Of a DNA stretch of 64,000 nt, positions 35,006 to 44,380 are shown piece by piece; positions within the stretch are counted from its first letter, which is position 1, and every line of letters starts with the position of its first letter. The stretch covers positions 330,713 through 394,712 of the forward strand of contig CAVUAA010000002.1 of assembly GCA_963739345.1 (NCBI GenBank). Direction: 5' to 3'. Source of the DNA: an uncultured Verrucomicrobiae bacterium (GTDB taxonomy: Bacteria; Chlamydiota; Chlamydiia; Chlamydiales; JAFEGQ01). A program made the position numbers and the translations under genes. The notes under the pieces are model-generated. The model searched no databases and was not told the origin of the DNA. It was given only the letters and a program-made list of their open reading frames with translations.

Positions 35006-35999
35006 CGGGCCAAGATGTTGATTGTGTGATTGTGGGGCGAAACTGCGCTCACACGCTGGCACGCTGTATTGAGAGCGTGAAGAGTGTGGAGTACACGCGC
35101 GGAGAGGTGCGGGTGATCTACGTCGATGGGGGGTCGGCCGATGGATCAGTTGCTCTGGCGAAGGGATATGATGGGGTAGAGGTGGTCGAGATGGCCGGCA
35201 CCCCAAATATGGGGGCTGTCGCAACGCGGGTTGGCGAGCGGGAAGCGGATCGCTGGTTCAGTTTGTGGCGGGTGATACGGCGCTTGCGTCTGATTGGTTT
35301 CAGGTGGCGACGAAGGGGATGATGGCGGAAATTGGCGCGACGTTTGGCAGGAGAGAGGAGGTGGATCCGGAGGCGTCACGCTACAACAAAATCGCCGATA
35401 TGGAGTGGAATCCGACGGTGCCGGCAGGCGAGGTGCTCGGGTTTGGGAATGATGTGTTGATCCGGCGCTCTGTTTTGGAGACTGTCGATGGGTACAATGA
35501 GGCGATGAGGATGGGGCATGAGGCCGATCTCTCGCAGCGAATTCGCGATCAGGGGAGTCTGATTTTCTATATCAGTCATCTGATGACGCGGCACGATGTG
35601 AGGCTCAGTCGGTGGGATCAGTGGTGGGGGCACGCCTATCGGCGGGGGTATGGCTTGGCCAATTTCCGCCACCTCCATCCGGCGGCAGAGCTCTGGCGTG
35701 GTTGGGCGGGGCGGGTGTGGATTCACGGGGGACTGGGATTAGGGTTGGCTGTGCTGGGCTTGATCCTCTTTTCGTGGAGTTTTTGGTGGCTCGTTGTGTT
35801 GTGGTTGCCGGCAGCCTATCTCATCCTCAAGCCGCGCATCCGCGAGGTGGAGGAGTGGGCGGAGCGGCTCGAGGTTCCTCTTCAGGATGCGGTCCTCTTC
35901 ACCTGGCACCGCTCGTTTGTGGTGGTGCCGCAATTTTTAGGAATGCTCCGCTGGCGGTGGGCAAAATGGACCGGACGGTCAATGAAAGGGGGCATCTGA
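35002..35999 (+). pseudogene. GT2-family glycosyltransferase with a single frameshift near 35198-35215
   Basis: Frame 1: VDCVIVGRNCAHTLARCIESV...VIYVDGGSADGS...VEMAG. Frame 0 continues PKYGGCRNAGWRAGSGSLVQFVAGDTALASDWF..., with C-terminal TM helices. The junction lies in ggcaccccaaatatggggg. Confidence 0.6.
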
Positions 36000-37558
36000 T
36001 GGATTACTCATTTGTAGGGAGTGCGGCGACTGAAAAGTTGCAGGAACTGGCAGAGAGTCCGTTTGACTTGAGTGACTTAACTGCTGAGCGTCTGGAGAAG
36101 ATGTGCGTAGCGGCGTGCGGCTACAAGTTGGTTTATGGCACCCAAAAAGTGACAGAGGGTGTCTTGGAAGCTCTTTGGGAGCTGGCCGAAGAGGCCGATG
36201 TATTTGCGAAGATGGAGGCGATGCAGTCTGGTGAGACGATCAATTTCATTGAGGGGCACGAGTCGGAGAATCGGGCGGTTCTTCACACGGCGGTGCGTGA
36301 CTTCTTTGGTCGGCCGAAGAATCCGGCTGCAACGGAGCAGGCGAAACAGGAATACGACAAGCTGGGTAGTTTTATCGAGAAGATTGGAGACAAGTTTACT
36401 GACTTGGTCTGCATTGGAATTGGGGGCTCTGAGTTGGGGCCGAAGATGCTCTATTTTGGTCTGCAGGGCCATGCTAAGCCCGATCGACGGATTCATTTTG
36501 TTTCTAATGTTGATCCGGATGATGCGGCGCAGGTGTTGAGGGGGCTGGACTTGGAGAAGACGATGGTGATTACAGTGTCCAAGTCAGGGGGAACGCTGGA
36601 GACGAAGACCAATGAGGATCTGGTCCGCTCCCACTTTGAGAAAGCTGGGGTAAAACCTGAGCAGCATTTCTTGGTGGCGACGGGTGAGGGGAGTCCGATG
36701 GACGATTCCAACCGCTATTTGGAGCGTTTCTACGTTTGGGATTGGATTGGGGGGCGCTATTGCGCCACCAGCGTGATCGGCGGGATAGTGCTTGCGTTTG
36801 CCTATGGGATGGATGTCTACAAGGAGTTTCTCCGGGGCGCTCATGAGATGGACTTAGTGGCGCTCGAGCAGGATCCGAAGAAGAATCTCCCCCTACTGAT
36901 GGCGCTCATTGGGATTTGGAATCGGAATTTTCTCGACTGTCCGACGTTGGCAATCATTCCCTATTCGCAGATGTTGGTCCGGTTCGCGGCTCACATCCAG
37001 CAGCTTGACATGGAGTCGAATGGGAAGCGGATTGATCGGCAGGGAAAGCCGGTTGAATTTCGGACAGGCCCAATCATCTGGGGAGAGCCAGCGACTAACG
37101 CGCAGCACTCGTTTTTCCAGATGATCCATCAGGGGACTGATGTGATTCCGCTTGAGTTCATCGGCTTTCGGAAGACGCAGATGGGTGATGATCTGGAGCA
37201 GGGGGGGATCACCTCGCAGGAGAAGTTAGTCGCCAACATGTGTGCTCAGTCGCTAGCTCTTGCGATGGGGCAGGAGAGCGGAAATCCCAACAAGGTGTTT
37301 CCGGGGGGACGGCCGTCGAGTCTATTACTGGCTGAGCAGCTGACGCCTCATGCGTTAGGGGCTCTTCTCGCTCTCTACGAACATAAGGTGGCCTTCCAAG
37401 GATTCATTTGGAACATCAACTCGTTCGATCAGGAGGGGGTGCAGCTGGGAAAGGTGCTGGCCAACCGATTTATTGAGCGGATTGACTCGCGGAAGAAGGG
37501 GGGGGGCGAGCCTTATCCGTTGGGTGATGCGCTTCTCAACCACCTTGGAATGAAGTAG
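35999..37558 (+). CDS. pgi: glucose-6-phosphate isomerase
   Basis: Start at ATG 35999 (TGATG overlap). IGIGGSELGPK, VSKSGGTLET, DWIGGRYCATS, MESNGK, GEPATNAQHSFFQMIHQG. Confidence 0.92.
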   Translation: MDYSFVGSAATEKLQELAESPFDLSDLTAERLEKMCVAACGYKLVYGTQKVTEGVLEALWELAEEADVFAKMEAMQSGETINFIEGHESENRAVLHTAVRDFFGRPKNPAATEQAKQEYDKLGSFIEKIGDKFTDLVCIGIGGSELGPKMLYFGLQGHAKPDRRIHFVSNVDPDDAAQVLRGLDLEKTMVITVSKSGGTLETKTNEDLVRSHFEKAGVKPEQHFLVATGEGSPMDDSNRYLERFYVWDWIGGRYCATSVIGGIVLAFAYGMDVYKEFLRGAHEMDLVALEQDPKKNLPLLMALIGIWNRNFLDCPTLAIIPYSQMLVRFAAHIQQLDMESNGKRIDRQGKPVEFRTGPIIWGEPATNAQHSFFQMIHQGTDVIPLEFIGFRKTQMGDDLEQGGITSQEKLVANMCAQSLALAMGQESGNPNKVFPGGRPSSLLLAEQLTPHALGALLALYEHKVAFQGFIWNINSFDQEGVQLGKVLANRFIERIDSRKKGGGEPYPLGDALLNHLGMK

Positions 37559-37559
37559 C

Positions 37560-40136
37560 ATGCGTCTTTCGACAAAGCTATTCCTTTTCGTCGGCATTCT
37601 CGTCCTTTTTATCTGTCTGGCGGTCTATTTTGTTCCCGTCTATCTGACTAAACAGGCTGTCAAGGTGAGCGAGAAGGAGTATGTCACTCTGGCTCAGCAG
37701 CGGCGTGCGCGGGAGTGGGAGGTGAACAACCAGTGGCTCAGCATTCAGATTGGCCGCCTTGAGGGTCGGCTCGACTCCCATCTGATGCTGGCGCTTGGCC
37801 ACCCGATCCGCCTCTTCGATGATATCTTTGATCCGAAGGATAGCTGGTTGGTGGCGGCTCAGACGTTGGTGACCACCGCTGAAGTGAGTTTCCTGCAGGC
37901 GGTTCAAGGGGACAGGCTGTCCGCCGGACTGACGCTCTCGCGAGCCCGCCTCTTCGCCGCCAAGCTCCTCCCCATTGAAGAGGAGATCGGCTGGATCGTT
38001 CTCGATGCGGTCCCTCCCTGGTCTGTCGACCGGCGGCAGGTCTACATGGGCATTTGGGTTCCCTCTCGTATGCAGGCGGAGACCGCCGCCTCGCTTAAGG
38101 AGGCACCAAGTGGGGCAAATACGATCTACCTCCTGTTTGACCCCGTTGAGCTGTGGAAAGACCCCACTCGCTACGTGGAGGCGCTAAAAGCAAATCGAGA
38201 GCAGATCGAAAAACTCGATCTGCCCGGCGAAAGCAGGGCGGGCCAGGTGGCCATTGAGATGGTGGCTCGCCTACACCGGGCCGCCCTCCATCTCAAGGAG
38301 ACCTTCCCAACTCTTGAGTCGATGGAGACCTATGCGAATGAGATTAGGGCGCAGCCAGTCACACTCCCTCTCGATAGGCTCCTTGGCCTTACCAAGGCGA
38401 CCGATCAACCCGAGGTTCATGGCTCTCTCTACAGTGGGCAGATCGTCCGCTGGCCCGCAACCTCCGCAACTAGCGCTGGTCTAGCGGGTCGCGAAGCGCT
38501 CCGCCTCAATTTGACCCGCCTGATCATGAGAGATGACGATATTGAGCTGGTTGCTGCCCTTAGCTTTCTCAATGCCACCGGAGTGATGGGTGAGACTCCG
38601 CTTGATCCTCATGCCCCTCGAGGGGCCGCTCGTCTATTGGCAGGGGGCTCGGTTGGAAGCGGGGTGATCAGCAGCGACGTCTTCACAAATAAGATCCTCT
38701 ATGACCCCACGCCGTTCCTCAAGAAGCACCCCGTCGTCAGCGAAGCGGTCCCCCTCGGCTCAGTCTTTGACCTCATCTACAACGAAGAGATTGGTGCCCT
38801 CACCGTCGTCAACACAGCCACAAGGACTCCCTCCGGCAGCGATACCCCCGGCTACCTCACTCTCGGAGGCTCCCTTTTCGAGACCACTATGCGGGTGACT
38901 CACATCACCGGAGACACCGTCATTCTCCTCTTTAACGGTAAGGTGGTTGATAGCATTGAGCGGGGCGACTTCCCAGAGGGACCCGAGGTGCTCAAGGAAA
39001 TCGAAGAGAAGTTCAGGACTCTTGGTCCAAAGACCGGTTTTGTCAATTTCGGCGGGACCGACTACTACTATGGCGCCTTTCAGCCCCGCCCCCACTGGGA
39101 TCTCCACATCTTGACCCTTGAGCCGGCCGCCGACGCCCTCGCTGAGCTCAAGAAGTATGAGGAAAACACCCAGGCGCTGGCCAAGAGGATTACCTGGCAT
39201 GTGCTCGGCGTTGCCATCGGCCTGCTCATCGTCGCTCTTGTTATTCTTGAGCTCATCGCCAGACAGTTCACCAAGCCGATCCGCCAGCTCGCAGACGCTG
39301 CAGGGGTGATCCAGGAGGGGAAATTCGACGAAGTGGTGCTGCCGAAAATCGTCGAACACTCCCGCAACGAGGTCTCACAGCTCACCCGCGCCTTCCACGA
39401 CATGGCCGCAGGACTTCAAGAGCGGGAGAAGATGCGCGATGTTCTCAACAAAGTGGTCTCCCGCGAGATCGCCACCGAGATTCTCTCTGGGAAGGTGCAC
39501 CTGGGGGGCGAGGTGAAGGATGCGACCGTCTTCTTTGCCGACCTGCGCGACTTTAGCGTCCTCACCAGTAACCTTCCGCCAGAAGAGGTGATCACCTTCG
39601 TCAATGGCTACATGAACGAGATGACCAAGGTGATTGAAGTCCACCAGGGTGTCATAGATAAGTACATCGGCGACGCCGTCATGGCCATCTTTGGCGCTCC
39701 CGTCGAGCATCCCAATAGCTCCCTACAAGCGGTTCTCTCCGCTCTGATTATTCAAGAGCGCATCAAAGACTGGAATGACGAGAGAAGAGCGGCAGGACTC
39801 ATCGTCGCAGAGATTGGGATCGGCATCCACACAGGCCCCATGGTCGCCGGTAACATGGGAGCCGAGGATCGCCTCAACTACACCGTCCTCGGCTCCAACG
39901 TCACCCTTGCCGCTAGGCTTTGCGACAAGGCGAGCGCCGCAGAGATTCTCATCACCGAGAACGTCTTGCAAAACCCACACGTAGCAGATACAATTGTTGT
40001 CGAAAAGTGCCCCCCCGTTCAGCCCAAAGGATCGAACAAGCCGGTCGAGATCTATCGAGTGATTGGTCTAAAGCCGGAGCGGGCGATGGAAAAATTAAGC
40101 GAAATCGCAGTGCAGAGACGCCCCGAGGAGAGTTAG
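37560..40136 (+). CDS. membrane sensor with HAMP domain and class III adenylate/guanylate cyclase domain
   Basis: N-terminal TM, an extracytoplasmic region of about 500 aa, a second TM, and HAMP (FTKPIRQLADAAGVIQEGKF). Cyclase core ATVFFADLRDFSVLT...IDKYIGDAVMAIFGAP...GIHTGPMVAGNMGAEDRLNYTVLGSNVTLAARL. Confidence 0.85.
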   Translation: MRLSTKLFLFVGILVLFICLAVYFVPVYLTKQAVKVSEKEYVTLAQQRRAREWEVNNQWLSIQIGRLEGRLDSHLMLALGHPIRLFDDIFDPKDSWLVAAQTLVTTAEVSFLQAVQGDRLSAGLTLSRARLFAAKLLPIEEEIGWIVLDAVPPWSVDRRQVYMGIWVPSRMQAETAASLKEAPSGANTIYLLFDPVELWKDPTRYVEALKANREQIEKLDLPGESRAGQVAIEMVARLHRAALHLKETFPTLESMETYANEIRAQPVTLPLDRLLGLTKATDQPEVHGSLYSGQIVRWPATSATSAGLAGREALRLNLTRLIMRDDDIELVAALSFLNATGVMGETPLDPHAPRGAARLLAGGSVGSGVISSDVFTNKILYDPTPFLKKHPVVSEAVPLGSVFDLIYNEEIGALTVVNTATRTPSGSDTPGYLTLGGSLFETTMRVTHITGDTVILLFNGKVVDSIERGDFPEGPEVLKEIEEKFRTLGPKTGFVNFGGTDYYYGAFQPRPHWDLHILTLEPAADALAELKKYEENTQALAKRITWHVLGVAIGLLIVALVILELIARQFTKPIRQLADAAGVIQEGKFDEVVLPKIVEHSRNEVSQLTRAFHDMAAGLQEREKMRDVLNKVVSREIATEILSGKVHLGGEVKDATVFFADLRDFSVLTSNLPPEEVITFVNGYMNEMTKVIEVHQGVIDKYIGDAVMAIFGAPVEHPNSSLQAVLSALIIQERIKDWNDERRAAGLIVAEIGIGIHTGPMVAGNMGAEDRLNYTVLGSNVTLAARLCDKASAAEILITENVLQNPHVADTIVVEKCPPVQPKGSNKPVEIYRVIGLKPERAMEKLSEIAVQRRPEES

Positions 40137-40137
40137 C

Positions 40138-41892
40138 GTGTTCACCTTCAGACAGAAGCTTTTCTTAAGCTATCTCGTCGCCTTTATCGTCTTTCTTGCC
40201 CTCCTCTTTCCGTTCGCCGACCGGGCGGTGCGAGGCGTTGTCAATAGCACCCTCTCCGACCGGACCACCCAGGTGATCGACAGGATCTCTTCGGCCCCTA
40301 ACGAAGAGGCGCTCGTCCAACGTCTCAAAGCGATTGGCCCCACCTTCTTCTTCCGCGTCAGCCTCATCGACCCCAAAGGGACTGTCCTCTACGACTCTCA
40401 CATCCCCGACAAAGTTGACGACCCAGGCCGCTATCTCAAAGAGCATCCCGAGATCACCCAGGCGATCGCTGATGGGGTGGGCTACCACGAGGGGTTTTCC
40501 TACGCCCTCAATCAGCAGCTCGTCTACGTAGCTCGCCGTTTCCCCTTTCACGGTCAGCTGCTCATCATCCGAACCGCCTTTCCCCTCGACCAGGTCAACG
40601 AGCTGACCGACCACTTTGAGTTTGGCTTCTTCACCCTCGGCTTTGTCGTCCTCCTCCTCTTTGGGATCATGACCACCGCCATCGCCCACCACCTCAGCCG
40701 ACCCATCAAGAAGATCATCACCGCCATCCGCCCCTACCAGGAGGGGAAAGTGGATACTCTCCCCGAGATTGAACTCGGGAAGAAGACCAACCCGCGGGAT
40801 GAATTTGGCCGTCTCGCCGACACCCTCAACTCGCTCAGCCATCGAATTGGTGCGCAGATCGACACCCTCAAAAACGAGCGGAACGACCGGGCCGCCATCC
40901 TCGACGCCCTCCGCGAAGGGGTGGTCGCTGTCGATCGCGACCTCACCGTCACCTACGCCAACGAGACCGCCCTCGCAATGCTTGGCACCCTCCCCGAGCA
41001 GCTCCTCGGCCACCCCTTCGTCGCCGCCGGCCACGACGAGTTCGCCGACCTCCTCGCCCAAGCTCAAGCGCAGGGAGAGATGCTCGCCATCGCCTCTGAG
41101 ATTGGCGACAAGAAGAAGATCTACCTCGACGTCATCGCCCTTCCAATCGGCAAAAAGGCAGGCGCTATCCTCGTCCTTCAGGACAAGTCCATTCACTACG
41201 GCATTTTAGAGATGCGCAAAGCGTTCATCGCCAACGCCTCCCACGAGTTAAAAACTCCCATCACCATCATCCGCGGTTTCGCCGAAGCGCTCGAAGATAA
41301 TCCCGACCTCCCCGTCGAGACCCGCACCGAGATCTCTGGGAAGATTGTCCGCAGCTGCATCCGGATGGACTCCCTCGTCCGCAACCTTCTTCGCTTGGCC
41401 GATATCGAAGACCTTCCACGCGGCAACCTCGAATCGGTCTCCGTCACCCACCTTCTCGAGCACTGCAAGCAGATGACTCTCTCCATCTTTCCCGATGCCC
41501 AGATCAACATCCTCTCTCCTGAGGGGGACCTCTCCATCGTCGCCGACTCCGAGCTTCTCGAGCACGCCTTCACAAACCTCCTCGACAACGCCGCCAAATA
41601 CTCCAACGCACCGGCCCAAATCACCGTCACCCTCACCAAAGACGAAGCGGCCCAAATGGCCATCATCTCCGTCACCGACAAAGGGCTTGGGATTCCCGAC
41701 GAAGATCTCGACCACATCTTTGACCGCTTCTATACCGTTGACAAAGCGCACTCGCGCAAGCTTGGAGGTTCCGGCCTTGGTCTTTCCATCGTCCGCACTA
41801 TCGTTGAAAAACATCTCGGCCGCGTCACCGTCACTTCCGTAGTCGGCAAAGGTTCCACCTTCACCATCAAATTGCCACTAGAACACGCTTAA
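40138..41892 (+). CDS. sensor histidine kinase (PhoR/AtoS-like; TM-sensor-HAMP-PAS-HisKA-HATPase)
   Basis: GTG start 1 nt after the cyclase stop. H-box FIANASHELKTPITIIRG, N-box LLDNAAKY, G-boxes DKGLGIP and GGSGLGLSIV. Confidence 0.88.
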   Translation: MFTFRQKLFLSYLVAFIVFLALLFPFADRAVRGVVNSTLSDRTTQVIDRISSAPNEEALVQRLKAIGPTFFFRVSLIDPKGTVLYDSHIPDKVDDPGRYLKEHPEITQAIADGVGYHEGFSYALNQQLVYVARRFPFHGQLLIIRTAFPLDQVNELTDHFEFGFFTLGFVVLLLFGIMTTAIAHHLSRPIKKIITAIRPYQEGKVDTLPEIELGKKTNPRDEFGRLADTLNSLSHRIGAQIDTLKNERNDRAAILDALREGVVAVDRDLTVTYANETALAMLGTLPEQLLGHPFVAAGHDEFADLLAQAQAQGEMLAIASEIGDKKKIYLDVIALPIGKKAGAILVLQDKSIHYGILEMRKAFIANASHELKTPITIIRGFAEALEDNPDLPVETRTEISGKIVRSCIRMDSLVRNLLRLADIEDLPRGNLESVSVTHLLEHCKQMTLSIFPDAQINILSPEGDLSIVADSELLEHAFTNLLDNAAKYSNAPAQITVTLTKDEAAQMAIISVTDKGLGIPDEDLDHIFDRFYTVDKAHSRKLGGSGLGLSIVRTIVEKHLGRVTVTSVVGKGSTFTIKLPLEHA

Positions 41893-42480
41893 GAATTTGC
41901 TCGCCGCTGCGTCGTAGTAATAGACTTTGGCGTCGGCGATGTCGAACCACCAGCCGTGAACCTGAAGAGTTCCTTTCTCGATCCGTTCGTGAATCTCAGG
42001 ATAGGTAGCAACGTGCTCCATCTGCTGCAACACATTGGCCTGTGAGAGGCGGTCGTGTGCGGGTAGAGAGGGGTCGATCCCATCGAGCTTCTTGTGGGAG
42101 TGCTTGCCGTGCTCTAGCCACCGCCGCAGGTGTTCGGGAAGAGAATCTGTCCCTTCCGTGATCGCCACCATCGCACCGCACCCCGAGTGACCGCAAACGA
42201 TGATGTCTGTGACCTGAAGAGAGGCGGTAGAAAATTCAATAGCCGCCGCCACGCAATCCCCACCCGACTCGGCAGGTGGAACAAGGTTGCCTACGTTCCG
42301 AATCACAAACAGATCGCCCGGATCGGTCGAGGCAAAGACGTTGGGGACCACCCGCGAGTCGGAGCAGCCGATCAGCAGCGCATCGGGCCGCTGTTCTAGA
42401 GCGAGCTGAGCGAAGTGCTTCCGCTGTTCATCGGTCAGCTGCTCGCCAAATTTGACGATCCCTTTAAGGAGATTCTTCAT
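41878..42480 (-). CDS. beta-class carbonic anhydrase
   Basis: CSDSRV, HSGCGA. 200 codons, with a 15-nt convergent overlap with the kinase gene. Confidence 0.88.
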   Translation of the reverse strand: MKNLLKGIVKFGEQLTDEQRKHFAQLALEQRPDALLIGCSDSRVVPNVFASTDPGDLFVIRNVGNLVPPAESGGDCVAAAIEFSTASLQVTDIIVCGHSGCGAMVAITEGTDSLPEHLRRWLEHGKHSHKKLDGIDPSLPAHDRLSQANVLQQMEHVATYPEIHERIEKGTLQVHGWWFDIADAKVYYYDAAASKFLSVF

Positions 42481-42545
42481 AGCTTCCTATTATAGCAGGA
42501 GAGGACTCAGTTGAAAAGTTTCACCATCGGTGCTACCAAAAAGAT

Positions 42546-42983
42546 ATGCGTATTTTAATTTTCACTCTATGCTGCCTCGTTACCACCACCTGGGCCGCCT
42601 CTCCCGAGGCCCGCTACCGCGACTACCGGAACAAGCTCAATCATTATGAAGCGATTGAGGAGGAAGAGCCCTATTATGAGCGGTATGAAGAGCCCTACCA
42701 GCGGCGGGCTCGTCAGGAGGCGATCCACGTGCGGCAAGGTGACAATGAGCGGCCGCGCGATCTCGATTGGCACCTGAGTGAGCAGCACGAGCTCTACCGT
42801 CTAGAGCGCGAAGCGCGTGTAGAGCGGACCCAGATCATGCGTAAGCAGACAGCGCGCAACCGGATGCTTCAGAGACAAGAAGAGCGGAGCTGGCACGACC
42901 TTCCCCACTCTATGCCCTCCTCTCCAGTCAAGCGCTCCCACCTAGATCCGTATAAGCAAGATCCTCGATATAGTCAGCGTTAA
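42546..42983 (+). CDS. secreted, highly charged hypothetical protein
   Basis: Signal peptide MRILIFTLCCLVTTTWA, followed by an E/R/Y/Q-rich sequence. Confidence 0.5.
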   Translation: MRILIFTLCCLVTTTWAASPEARYRDYRNKLNHYEAIEEEEPYYERYEEPYQRRARQEAIHVRQGDNERPRDLDWHLSEQHELYRLEREARVERTQIMRKQTARNRMLQRQEERSWHDLPHSMPSSPVKRSHLDPYKQDPRYSQR

Positions 42984-43104
42984 CCGGCGTTTCTCACACC
43001 CAGATTGCCGCTGCCCCGAGACCCCAGCTCGGTGCAAGGCTTACTCAACACACCTAAACAGGGATCTAAGAAACTCCTTGAGAAAAGTTCGTTGAAGCCT
43101 AGGG

Positions 43105-44169
43105 TTAGTAGACTAATCTGCCGCCAAAGAATAACCCTGAGAACCCGGCGTTTTCACATTTCAACACGAAGCCGCCGTTGTTATGCGCGGTTGGTTGGTT
43201 TTGAAAGTAATCCCCGCCATTGAGGGCTGGAAAAGCAAATACATTCCAGAAGTAGTCCACTTCATAGCCGACTTCTCCGATGAGCGTGAAACAACCACAG
43301 GTGTAGCGGTAGTCCACCCCTATGCGAAAATCGAGCTCTGGAATTACGCAAGATTGAGATGGATAGATCATTGTGCGATTGAGAAAGCCGGGATTCCCAC
43401 CCCAATCACCATATCTCTCGTAACGGGCTGGCATCACCCTTCTCTCACCGATTATACCCAGAATATTGGCGTCGCCGAATAGGCCCAGTCCACACCAGAC
43501 TTCGCGCTGTCCTCCAAGGCCCAGACCGATTGCGGTCCCTTCAAACTTGCTCCGTTCTGCCACTTTCTGGGATATAAATCCGATTGCTGTTGCGACGCTG
43601 GAATATTGTTGGGCCCCACGGGAATAGGAGAGATCGACCCAGCGCACGTTGCCATAGGCGTAGAGTCTGCTTTGGCAGGTGCGGCGAAAGTCAACGCCGA
43701 TCTTTACATCGAAGTTTTGATAGTCAATACTGGTATGTGCGATGACCTTGCTGAGGAAGTTCAAATTGCTATTGCCTCCAGGAAATACCAAATTGAAGCC
43801 TATGGTAGAGGCCACGTTCTTAGCGTTGAGCTGCGCATAGCTTAAGCCGATGAAGAAGCGGTCGATTGATAACTCGCCAAACACTCGGTAGCCCCATTCG
43901 TAATCCGATCCCACCATGTGTATTGGATAAGTATTTTCGCCCGGCTGGGGCTGGGTTGATACAGCGACATTTTCAGCCGCATAGGTATAAGGGCAGACCA
44001 TTGGGGTCCAGTATAGAGCGTGGGCACCAACCTCTAGGTCTATAGCTGGGCAGCACCTGGCGTTGCACTCTGATCGAGTTTGTGGGCAGTGTTGGGCTTG
44101 CGCGATCGCGGGTTGAATCATCACCAGTAGGGAAGCGAATGTTAGTCGAAAGATCGAACCGATTCTCAT
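43105..44169 (-). CDS. MOMP-like Cys-rich beta-barrel outer-membrane protein (paralogue family)
   Basis: Start at ATG 44169 (MRIGSIFRLTFASLLVMIQPAIAQA). Cys-rich N-terminus; alternating beta-strand pattern. The C-terminal GFSGLFFGGRLVY is shared with the genes at 62488 and 63422. Confidence 0.7.
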   Translation of the reverse strand: MRIGSIFRLTFASLLVMIQPAIAQAQHCPQTRSECNARCCPAIDLEVGAHALYWTPMVCPYTYAAENVAVSTQPQPGENTYPIHMVGSDYEWGYRVFGELSIDRFFIGLSYAQLNAKNVASTIGFNLVFPGGNSNLNFLSKVIAHTSIDYQNFDVKIGVDFRRTCQSRLYAYGNVRWVDLSYSRGAQQYSSVATAIGFISQKVAERSKFEGTAIGLGLGGQREVWCGLGLFGDANILGIIGERRVMPARYERYGDWGGNPGFLNRTMIYPSQSCVIPELDFRIGVDYRYTCGCFTLIGEVGYEVDYFWNVFAFPALNGGDYFQNQPTAHNNGGFVLKCENAGFSGLFFGGRLVY

Positions 44170-44330
44170 TGTTTTTATTCCTATGTAGCGGCAACTGGGG
44201 CCGATTCGTATCAACTTAAATGTTGCTTACGCAGTTGATGTGTAGGCGAGCGGGGAAATGATGTCAAGAATGTTGTGTGTTCAGGGGATCTTCATCAACA
44301 AGTAAGTAGCGCGAAGTGCTCGTCACTTAA

Positions 44331-44380
44331 AATCAGCCGGTATGTCGTACAATGCGCGACATACGGGCTGATTTTTTTTG
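44331..44380 (-). terminator. bidirectional-type intrinsic terminator after the last T2SS operon gene
   Basis: Stem of about 17 bp, aatcagccggtatgtcg / cgacatacgggctgatt (one mismatch), flanked by A-rich sequence on one side and T8 on the other. It lies directly after the stop at 44381. Confidence 0.55.

Noticed and set aside
40165-41196. 343-aa minus-strand ORF antisense to the histidine kinase, with similar ORFs at 41248..41814 and 38760..39359
   Set aside because: These have Gly/Glu/Asp/Val-rich composition and no motifs. The plus strand carries unambiguous HisKA/HATPase and cyclase motifs.
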